NCBI RefSeq assembly: GCF_018398935.1
Contig: NZ_CP074694.1
Span: forward strand, 720,001-752,000
Direction of reading: 5' to 3'
Length of the DNA stretch: 32,000 nt
DNA from: Telmatocola sphagniphila
GTDB taxonomy: Bacteria > Planctomycetota > Planctomycetia > Gemmatales > Gemmataceae
Numbering within the stretch: position 1 is the stretch's first letter; every line of letters starts with the position of its first letter. Made by a program: the position numbers and the translations under genes. A model generated the notes under the pieces. That model saw only the letters and a list, made by a program, of their open reading frames with translations, was not told the DNA's origin and ran no database searches. Positions 25,424-32,000 of this stretch are shown one piece after another.

Positions 25424-26479
25424 ATGAAACGGCTCCTTCTCCTGGCCTCGCTCTTAGCAGGCCTTCTCGCTTCGCCGGTCGCGGCCGGCGGTCTAAACGA
25501 TAGTCTCAAAAAGGGTACACCTGAATTCAAGTCAGTTGGTCCTTTGGCTTTCGGGCCGGACGGCATCCTGTTCGTGGCCGATCCAGAAGCGGCCAGCATT
25601 TTCGCGCTGGATACCTCCGATACGAAGCCGGCTGGTAAGGAAGACATCAAGATCGAAGGTTTTGACGGCAAAGTGGCCGCAATGCTGGGCACCAAACCGG
25701 ACGGCGTCAGCGTCAAGTCGATGAAAGTCAATCCCGCCAGCGGAAATGTCTACGTCTCCGTGATGCGCGGCAAATCGCCGATTCTTCTGAAGGTCGAACG
25801 TTCGGGTAAAATCAGCGAACTAATGCTTAAAGACATTCCCTTCGCCTCAGTCAGTCTGAAAAATGCCACCGAGAAGAAGCGTCAGGAATCGATTACGGGA
25901 ATTTCTTTTGTAAATGGTCGCGTTATTGTCGCCGGGCTTTCGAACGAAGAGTTTTCCTCGAATCTGCGGATGCTCGTTTTCCCATTCGATAAGGCCGATC
26001 AGGGAACCGCGGTCGAAATTTACCATGGTGCTCACGGCCGCTATGAAACGGCTTCCCCGATCCGAACCTTCATGGCCATGGATATCGGCGGCAAAACGCA
26101 CGTTCTGGCCGCTTACACCTGCACGCCCCTCGTGAAATTTCCCCTGGAAGATCTGCAAAATGGTAAAAAGCTTCGGGGCACCACCGTGGCGGAACTGGGT
26201 AATCGTAATGTGCCGCTGAACATGATTTCCTACAAAAAAGAGGGCAAAGAGTACGTTCTGATCGCTAATTCCGCGCGTGGAGTGATGAAGGTATCCACCG
26301 ATGGAATTGATACTACTGAAAGCATCAGCGCACGAGTCGAATCGACGGCCGGGCTGAAGTATGAAACGATTCCCAATCTGAAGGGAGTTCTGACTCTCGA
26401 TAAGTTGGACGATTCGCACGCCGTGATTCTGTCGAAAAGCGATAAGGGTCTGAATCTCGTTTCAATCGATCTTCCCTAA
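25424..26479 (+). CDS. Secreted protein of unknown function, probably beta-propeller-like
   Basis: Signal peptide MKRLLLLASLLAGLLASPVAAG. Beta-rich segments recur (GPDGILFVADP, NVYVSVMRG, GRVIVAGLSN, THVLAAYTCTPLV, EYVLIANSARGVMKV). AGAGGA precedes the ATG. No family is confidently recognised. Confidence 0.6.
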   Translation: MKRLLLLASLLAGLLASPVAAGGLNDSLKKGTPEFKSVGPLAFGPDGILFVADPEAASIFALDTSDTKPAGKEDIKIEGFDGKVAAMLGTKPDGVSVKSMKVNPASGNVYVSVMRGKSPILLKVERSGKISELMLKDIPFASVSLKNATEKKRQESITGISFVNGRVIVAGLSNEEFSSNLRMLVFPFDKADQGTAVEIYHGAHGRYETASPIRTFMAMDIGGKTHVLAAYTCTPLVKFPLEDLQNGKKLRGTTVAELGNRNVPLNMISYKKEGKEYVLIANSARGVMKVSTDGIDTTESISARVESTAGLKYETIPNLKGVLTLDKLDDSHAVILSKSDKGLNLVSIDLP

Positions 26480-26492
26480 GCAAAATCCCTCG

Positions 26493-26520
26493 GGCGATTC
26501 TTCTCAAACGAAGAATCGCC
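26493..26520 (+). terminator. Strong hairpin between the two secreted-protein genes
   Basis: GGCGATTCTTC (26493..26503) and GAAGAATCGCC (26510..26520) form a perfect 11-bp stem with a 6-nt loop, 14 nt after the stop codon. It is followed by TCCTTC, which is a poor U-tract. Confidence 0.4.
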
Positions 26521-26540
26521 TCCTTCGCTGAGTTATCCTT

Positions 26541-27590
26541 ATGACTGCACTTTGTACCTGTCTTTTCGCATTAATTTCCCTGTCTGACCCGCAAATTACA
26601 ATTTCAAATAGTAAGATCGCGGTCACCAGCGAAAATAGCTATTCGCTCGATTTGAAGAAATCTATAATCACTGTGGTAGCCACCCGCCCAGAGGAAGAAA
26701 TTGCCATCCTGGGGAGTTGGCAGAAAACCGGCTCCGGTTACGAATTCAATCCGCGCTTTCCCTTCGAAACGGCCACCGATTACCGAGTTCGTCTGATATC
26801 GGAATCGGCAGAGACCAAGCTGGAAAAAGTGGTCTCGCTTCCGAAACTGAAAACGCAGCCCGCCAAAGTCACGCATGTGTATCCGTCGGCCGACAATCTG
26901 CCGGAAAACCTGCTGCGGTTTTACATTCATTTCGATCAGCCGATGAAAGTGGGGGATGCGTACCCGAATTTGAAGCTGCTCGACTCTGCGGGCAAAGCTC
27001 TGGATCGTCCCTTTCTGGAACTCGACGAGGAACTCTGGTCACCCGATGGTAAGCGTTTCACACTTTTGCTCGACCCGGGACGAGTGAAGCGGGAATTGAA
27101 GCCTCACGAAGAAATGGGGCCCGTTCTGGAGGATGGCAAAACCTATACCCTTGTGATCGGACGGCAGTGGAAGACTCAGGCGGGCGATTTCCTGAAGGAA
27201 GAGTTTCGAAAGAAATTCTCCACGCTTCCCCGAATTGAAGATCGGCTCGATGAAAAAAAGTGGAAAGTTGTGACCCCAAATGCCGCCACCAAGGAACCCG
27301 TTTCGCTTGGCTTCGATCATTCTCTCGATCACGGCATGCTGGAGCGAGTAATTCAAGTGGTGGATTCTCAGGGTCGGGAGGTGGCTGGCGAGATTCAAAT
27401 TGCCGATCGGGAAAAACGTTGGAGTCTAATTCCAAAAAGCTCCTGGGCAGCAGGCGAGTATCAAATTCTAGTTCGAGATGTTCTTGAGGATTCCTGCGGC
27501 AATAGTCTCGCGGCCGGATTCGAGATACGCCTTTCGGAAAAACGACGAAATCGCGGGCAAATCATTAAATTGAACTTCACAGTGAAGTAA
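26541..27590 (+). CDS. Hypothetical protein, possibly Ig-like (SbsA/Big_5-type) repeats; short hydrophobic N-terminus
   Basis: 349 aa. VTHVYPSADNLPENLLRFYIHFDQPMK resembles the start of Big_5/SbsA Ig-like domains. A second beta-rich module is at the C-terminus (VAGEIQIADREKRWSLIPKSSWAAGEYQILV). The function call is weak. Confidence 0.5.
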   Translation: MTALCTCLFALISLSDPQITISNSKIAVTSENSYSLDLKKSIITVVATRPEEEIAILGSWQKTGSGYEFNPRFPFETATDYRVRLISESAETKLEKVVSLPKLKTQPAKVTHVYPSADNLPENLLRFYIHFDQPMKVGDAYPNLKLLDSAGKALDRPFLELDEELWSPDGKRFTLLLDPGRVKRELKPHEEMGPVLEDGKTYTLVIGRQWKTQAGDFLKEEFRKKFSTLPRIEDRLDEKKWKVVTPNAATKEPVSLGFDHSLDHGMLERVIQVVDSQGREVAGEIQIADREKRWSLIPKSSWAAGEYQILVRDVLEDSCGNSLAAGFEIRLSEKRRNRGQIIKLNFTVK

Positions 27591-27594
27591 AAGC

Positions 27595-30270
27595 TCACTT
27601 CTTAACCGTGCTCGCCGGAGTCGGAGGTGGGGTGGCTCCCACCGGGCCCCCGTTAGCCATTTTGGAAAGTTCGCTGGTCGTGGGATAATACAGGAAGTCC
27701 TTGTTGCTCAGCGACTTCTGTTCGACCAGTTCGTTTACCGGCTTCGAATGAATCAAATTGAGGTTGGGGTCCGGTTTCCTCAAACCGTGAATCGCATTGA
27801 ATTCCCCGCTCAGGTTGGCGAATTTAGGAACCGCTTTGCCTTTAAAATTGAATACAGCTTGCACATCCGTGAAGAAGTTCTGGTTGATTTCGAGCTTGGT
27901 ATCTTTGGCAATATCGGGTTTGGAGTATTCTTCGACCTGATCGAAGGCAAACGCTGAATTGCTCAACTTGCAGAAAGTATTGTTCTCGAATTTCGTCCGA
28001 CTGATTGGATTGGCCCATGCAGAGAAGGTCACCCCTCGTTCGAGGCCCATAACCCGGTTGTTAATAAACTGGCAGTCCCGCTGGTTGCACTGAATCAAAA
28101 GGGCTTGTTCGTAGCCTTCGGACTGGTGCGACGAGCCATCCGAGGAAATTCCCTCGAATCGACAATCTCGAATCTGTAAAAAGCGGACGTCATTCGCTTC
28201 CGAGGATAGAGGAGCCCAAGCGATCGCCGACTTGCAATCGGGGACTCGAATGGGGCCGACAGCCCCTTTTTTCGCAGGCGATTCTTCGTGAGATTTACCG
28301 GGGAAGCGGCAATCCCGGATACGGATCGGTGATTCCGGTTCGCCGCGAGTTCCCGAGCACAAAATGGCTGCGGATTTCGAGCCGCGGAATTCGATCCCTT
28401 CCAGGGTCAAACCGGGATTGAATCCGGTAATTTTTATTACGTTATCCCATTGGTTGGGATCGGCTTCGATAATCAGATTTCTGATCGTCAGACCCGAACA
28501 GTTGTTCAGGCTAATCATGCCTCCGGCTGTCCCCAACTGGCTCTTGCTGCGCCAGATGACCGGTCGGCCGACTTCCGCCTCTATTGTCAGATTCTTGACC
28601 GGACGATTGATGGTAATGATCTCTTCCCAGATCTGATCGTAGAGGACAATGCGATCGCCCTCTTTGGCGGCCTCAATGGCCGCTTTCAGGGTAGGGTAGG
28701 AATAGGGCCGGCGCGACTTAGTAACTTCAAGGCGGCTCGAGGTATTAACGTCCGGCAAAACCGTAGATTTGCTTTGCATCAGGACGAATAAAACCACGCC
28801 GCCAATTCCGAGTAGCCCTAGCACTCCCAGCAACACATAGAGCAGTGGGAAACCGCTCCGTTCGATCTCCGAAGGTTGTTCGTAGAACGGATTGCTGAGC
28901 GGACGATTTTTCGGACCGGCCGATTCGTTGGTATCCTTATCGGCCAGATTCATCGTCTCTGGAGAAGGGGAATTTTGCCGTTTGGAATCGGGACCGGCAG
29001 TGAGTGTATTCGCGACCGGAGGAGCTTCGGCAATGATTTTTGCCGTTTCCAAAGTACGCGGATTGCTCTGTGAAGCGTTTTGAATCCGACGACTTTTTAG
29101 TACCGAACTCGGTGCACCCAGGGAAATTCGGGCCGCCATCGAAAGCTGCGGCATTTCCTTTTCGGGAGGCGGAGCAATCGGCTCCGTTGTAAACTCCTGA
29201 AGATCGTCGACGATATCGAGAGGAATCTGGTATCGTTTGGTTCGGTCCTTCACCATCATTTTGCGAACGATGGCGGCAATTTTCGGTGGTAGATCGGTCC
29301 GGAGGGACTCGACCGGATCGGGATCGCGATTCTGATGCCAAAGAAGCTTCTGAGCTACCGTACCTTCCGCGAACGGCGGACGACCGGTGAGCATGAAATA
29401 CATGGTAGCGCCGAGGCTGTAAATGTCGGCGCGCGTATCGACCGTATGGCTGTCCACCGCCTGTTCCGGCGCCAGGTAATCGGCCGTGCCCAGAACCATC
29501 TCCTCGAATTTACGGGTGATCGCATCTTCCTCGTCGTTGAAGAACCGAGCGAGACCCATATCGAGAATTTTGACAGTGCCCTGGCGATCGATCAGGATGT
29601 TCCCCGGTTTAATATCCCGGTGAACGATTCCCTGTTCCATGGCATATTGCAAGCCTTTAGCCGAGTCCGAGATGTAATGGCAGACCCGCCGGATGTCCAT
29701 CGGGCCGCCTTTTTTCACAATCTCGTGAAGGCTGCTGCCATCGACGTAGTCCATGACCAGAAAGTGCAGTTGCTCGTCCTGGTCGATATCGTAGGCACGG
29801 ACAATATTGGGATGATTCAGAGCGGCCGCGGCACGAGCTTCCCGGGTAAACCGTTCCAGAGAGGCAGGATCCTCTCCTTTGGCGGCGGGCAATACCTTGA
29901 CCGCGACACGGGTTTTCATCTTCATATGTTCGCACAAGAAGACCTGACCCATGCCTCCCGAACCCAGGCGTTCCAATATCCGATACTTGCCGATGTGGAA
30001 ACGGCGCCACTTGCCCTGCAGGATTTGCTCGGCCTGGAAATACGTGAGAAGTCCATCGCGAACGAACAGCCCGGCGACCTGAGTCGGTTCCGGGGAGAGA
30101 CCGCCGCTGGAGCGCAAGGAGGTCAAATAAGTTTGTAAGCGGGCGTTATCGGTTACACCACTGCGTGTGACCAGCTCGATGAATTCGTCAATGGTCGACG
30201 GACCGGCCATGCTATGATAAGCTCCAGAGTAGGACTCGGACGGCGTAATGGGCTTCAGTTCCGAATCCAA
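27595..30270 (-). CDS. Membrane Ser/Thr protein kinase with extracytoplasmic right-handed beta-helix (PbH1-like) domain
   Basis: Kinase motifs: GSGGMGQVF, VAVKVL, HRDIKPGNILID, DMG in place of DFG (ILDMGLARF), and DYLAPEQ. TM: LLYVLLGVLGLLGIGGVVLFVLM. The C-terminus has repeated beta-helix turns (CSGLTIRNLIIE, LTLEGIEFRG, IRIRDCRFPG, LQIRDCRFEG, CQFINNRVMG). The track start 30270 is TTG. ATG 30210, preceded by GGAG, is the likelier start. Confidence 0.9.
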   Translation of the reverse strand: MDSELKPITPSESYSGAYHSMAGPSTIDEFIELVTRSGVTDNARLQTYLTSLRSSGGLSPEPTQVAGLFVRDGLLTYFQAEQILQGKWRRFHIGKYRILERLGSGGMGQVFLCEHMKMKTRVAVKVLPAAKGEDPASLERFTREARAAAALNHPNIVRAYDIDQDEQLHFLVMDYVDGSSLHEIVKKGGPMDIRRVCHYISDSAKGLQYAMEQGIVHRDIKPGNILIDRQGTVKILDMGLARFFNDEEDAITRKFEEMVLGTADYLAPEQAVDSHTVDTRADIYSLGATMYFMLTGRPPFAEGTVAQKLLWHQNRDPDPVESLRTDLPPKIAAIVRKMMVKDRTKRYQIPLDIVDDLQEFTTEPIAPPPEKEMPQLSMAARISLGAPSSVLKSRRIQNASQSNPRTLETAKIIAEAPPVANTLTAGPDSKRQNSPSPETMNLADKDTNESAGPKNRPLSNPFYEQPSEIERSGFPLLYVLLGVLGLLGIGGVVLFVLMQSKSTVLPDVNTSSRLEVTKSRRPYSYPTLKAAIEAAKEGDRIVLYDQIWEEIITINRPVKNLTIEAEVGRPVIWRSKSQLGTAGGMISLNNCSGLTIRNLIIEADPNQWDNVIKITGFNPGLTLEGIEFRGSKSAAILCSGTRGEPESPIRIRDCRFPGKSHEESPAKKGAVGPIRVPDCKSAIAWAPLSSEANDVRFLQIRDCRFEGISSDGSSHQSEGYEQALLIQCNQRDCQFINNRVMGLERGVTFSAWANPISRTKFENNTFCKLSNSAFAFDQVEEYSKPDIAKDTKLEINQNFFTDVQAVFNFKGKAVPKFANLSGEFNAIHGLRKPDPNLNLIHSKPVNELVEQKSLSNKDFLYYPTTSELSKMANGGPVGATPPPTPASTVKK

Positions 30271-30398
30271 AAAACTCCGCTCAGCAGAATTGAGACGGAT
30301 GACTTATATCGAACCTCGCAACCTATTGAACATTGTAATTTGAGCATAGGTTAAAAATAGTGTTTGTCGAATCTCAATTCTAGGCAAAGCCAGGGAAC

Positions 30399-30698
30399 AT
30401 GGGCAAGCGGCGAAATTTAGAGAGATCCATTCGATTAATTCGAGCTGAATCTTCCGATGCGCCGGGCCTTCTGGTAATTCAGGAAAAAAACAAATCTCAG
30501 TTCTATGTTTTTAGGGAAATTCCCTGTGAAATTGGGGGCCGCGGATTCGCGATGCACCGTCTCGGTTTGGGTAATTTATATCATTTGCGAATGGGTGAAC
30601 CCACGGAAACTTCCTGTGAATGTCTCGGTTATCTCCGACATGGGCAGTGCAAACATCTTCAGGGAATGAGAGCACTCCTTACTCAGAAAAAGATCTGA
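30399..30698 (+). CDS. Small SWIM zinc-finger protein
   Basis: 99 aa. CECLGYLRHGQCKHLQG fits the SWIM signature CxCx(n)CxH. AGGGA precedes the ATG. By eye the GC content is lower than in neighbouring genes. Confidence 0.6.
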   Translation: MGKRRNLERSIRLIRAESSDAPGLLVIQEKNKSQFYVFREIPCEIGGRGFAMHRLGLGNLYHLRMGEPTETSCECLGYLRHGQCKHLQGMRALLTQKKI

Positions 30699-30889
30699 GT
30701 GAGGCCAACTCACTAACAGAGATTTTCGTTCAGAACCGATCTTTGAGATTTCCCAATTTCCGGACTCCAACCTCTCGACCCAAAATTGGCAATCGCTGGC
30801 TCCCCTTGATTTTTCAAATCGTTAAGGTATTCACCGACAAATAAATTGGTTAAATTTTTGCTCAAAAATCATTTGAGGGTAGAGTTTCG

Positions 30890-31780
30890 ATGCGGTTGAT
30901 CTCCAAACAAATTCTGCTGGGCTTCTGTCTGTGTTTGTCCAGCTCTCCCATTTTCGCGGATGGACCCGCCTTGAATCCGCCTGCCAGTTCAAGTGCGGCC
31001 CCGATCCTTCCCGTTTCCGCCACGGGAAATCCCCCGGCCACCTTCGTAGACAACCCGATCTTCATGAAAGATCTTAAGACCGCAGCGCCTGCCCCGGCGT
31101 CCGCGATTGTGGAACCCAAAGTCTGGTCCGGCAGCTTTGAAGCCGGCATCAATGGCAGTTCGGGGAATACCGATGTTCTGAACGTCCGTATTGCCGGGAA
31201 TCTCAGGCGTGAAACCGACGAAAACATTTTCACGAGCGATCTGGTTTATGGGACGGCCCGACAGAATGGGATTTTAAATCAGGATAAAGCACTCTATAAC
31301 GCTCGCGATGAAATTCTCTTTGGACCGGATAACCCCTGGGCTCTATTCACCGCACTTCAGGTCGAGTACGATCAGTTTCGAGACTATGAATTCCGCGTCG
31401 GTCTGTTCGGCGGGGTCTCTTATACGTTCTTGAAAGATGATAACATTCTCTTCAAGGGGCGTATCGGTCTGGGGGAAACGGATGAAATCGGCAAAACCGG
31501 AGTGCCTTCCAAATGGGTGACTGAGGCCCTTTTCGGCTGGGACTTCGATTATAAGTTCACCGATCGGCAAAAGTTCACATCTTCGATCGATGTCTATCCC
31601 AGCCTCACCAATTTCGGACAATATCGCGTGCGAGCCAAGGCAGCGTATGAAGTGTTGATCGATCCTTCGACCGGGGCGACCTTGAAAGTTGGTATTCAGG
31701 ATCGGTACGACACCGATCCCGGATTTAATTACAAACGAAATGACCTCGACTACTTCACGGCGATCATGTTCAAGTTTTAA
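30890..31780 (+). CDS. DUF481 (YdiY-like) outer-membrane beta-barrel protein
   Basis: Signal peptide LLGFCLCLSSSPIFA. WSGSFEAGINGSSGNTDVLNVRIAGNL matches the DUF481 G-x-x-G-N-T motif. Amphipathic beta strands alternate and the C-terminus ends FKF (aromatic OMP terminus). GAGGG lies upstream of the ATG. Confidence 0.75.
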   Translation: MRLISKQILLGFCLCLSSSPIFADGPALNPPASSSAAPILPVSATGNPPATFVDNPIFMKDLKTAAPAPASAIVEPKVWSGSFEAGINGSSGNTDVLNVRIAGNLRRETDENIFTSDLVYGTARQNGILNQDKALYNARDEILFGPDNPWALFTALQVEYDQFRDYEFRVGLFGGVSYTFLKDDNILFKGRIGLGETDEIGKTGVPSKWVTEALFGWDFDYKFTDRQKFTSSIDVYPSLTNFGQYRVRAKAAYEVLIDPSTGATLKVGIQDRYDTDPGFNYKRNDLDYFTAIMFKF

Positions 31781-32000
31781 GCTTTGTACTTGGGATGAGT
31801 TTCCAGATATTTCTTCACCCGGTCCTCCCGGGTGATCGCCACTTTCAGAAATTCCACGGCTTCCAGCAACTTTTCGTCCGGTTCCGCGCAGCTAAAGCGC
31901 AAGAAGCCCTGGCCGGCAGTGCCGAAACACTCACCCCCCAAGCAGGCCACTCCCTTTTTGTCATCCGCCCCTTCGAGCAAATACATCGCCAGACCGTGCG
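31777..32000 (-). CDS. Pyridoxal-phosphate-dependent aminotransferase (class I/II), C-terminal fragment; N-terminus lies beyond the right window edge
   Basis: ...GGECFGTAGQGFLRFSCAEPDEKLLEAVEFLK is the typical aminotransferase C-terminus (G..F......RhS.a). The reading frame stays open upstream of the track's ATG to the window end (..HGLAMYLLEG..). Confidence 0.75.
   Translation of the reverse strand, partial: HGLAMYLLEGADDKKGVACLGGECFGTAGQGFLRFSCAEPDEKLLEAVEFLKVAITREDRVKKYLETHPKYKA

Noticed and set aside
29335-30138. Plus-strand 267-aa ORF inside the kinase gene. The same applies to similar long antisense ORFs at 9455..10003, 13299..13898, 23843..24448, 25847..26419, 22579..23136 and 2078..2509.
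   Set aside because: All are antisense or out-of-frame relative to genes with unambiguous catalytic motifs. They are the long shadow ORFs expected in moderately GC-rich DNA.
1-32000. Search for CRISPR arrays, tRNA/rRNA genes, transposases, integrases, phage genes, toxin-antitoxin pairs and known defence-system signatures.
   Set aside because: No regularly spaced direct repeats, no cloverleaf-like or rRNA-like segments, and no recombinase or nuclease motifs were seen in any ORF. The window looks like core chromosome rather than an accessory island.

Overview
This is a gene-dense 32-kb chromosomal window with about 27 protein-coding genes. I found no rRNA, tRNA, CRISPR array, transposase or integrase. 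The gene content suggests a Planctomycetota-like genome, but that is inference only; the clues are a Tat-signal Gfo/Idh/MocA oxidoreductase, a BlaR1-like M56 sensor without a PBP domain, a membrane Ser/Thr kinase with a beta-helix ectodomain, and a MoxR/DUF58 operon. Left to right the genes are: Gfo/Idh/MocA oxidoreductase (partial), split DoxX-like membrane protein, ApbE, NUDIX hydrolase coupled to a degenerate M24-fold protein, an XRE-type HTH protein, a minus-strand block of EttA, a YbbA/YbbP-like ABC ATPase and double-FtsX permease, and a BlaI-like repressor with a BlaR1-like M56 protease. Next comes a six-gene translationally coupled operon (DUF4129-like, DUF4350-like, MoxR ATPase, oversized DUF58, two orphan membrane proteins). 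It is followed by a small DUF4190-like protein, a HAD hydrolase, an FeS-cluster (6-4) photolyase/CryPro protein, LeuA, two secreted proteins of unknown function, a Ser/Thr kinase, a SWIM zinc-finger mini-protein, a DUF481 outer-membrane barrel and a partial aminotransferase. Three candidates deserve a second look. (1) The MoxR-DUF58 membrane operon has no known function, and its DUF58 vWA-like fold appears to be interrupted by a transmembrane hairpin. (2) The leuA leader looks like a Leu/Ile-rich leader-peptide attenuator with competing 9-11 bp helices and a U-tract terminator. (3) The BlaI/BlaR1-type proteolytic signalling pair has a non-PBP sensor domain, a perfect 16-bp palindromic operator candidate, and sits next to a MacB/YbbP-type ABC transporter. 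All functional calls rest on motif recognition by eye and none has been checked against a database.
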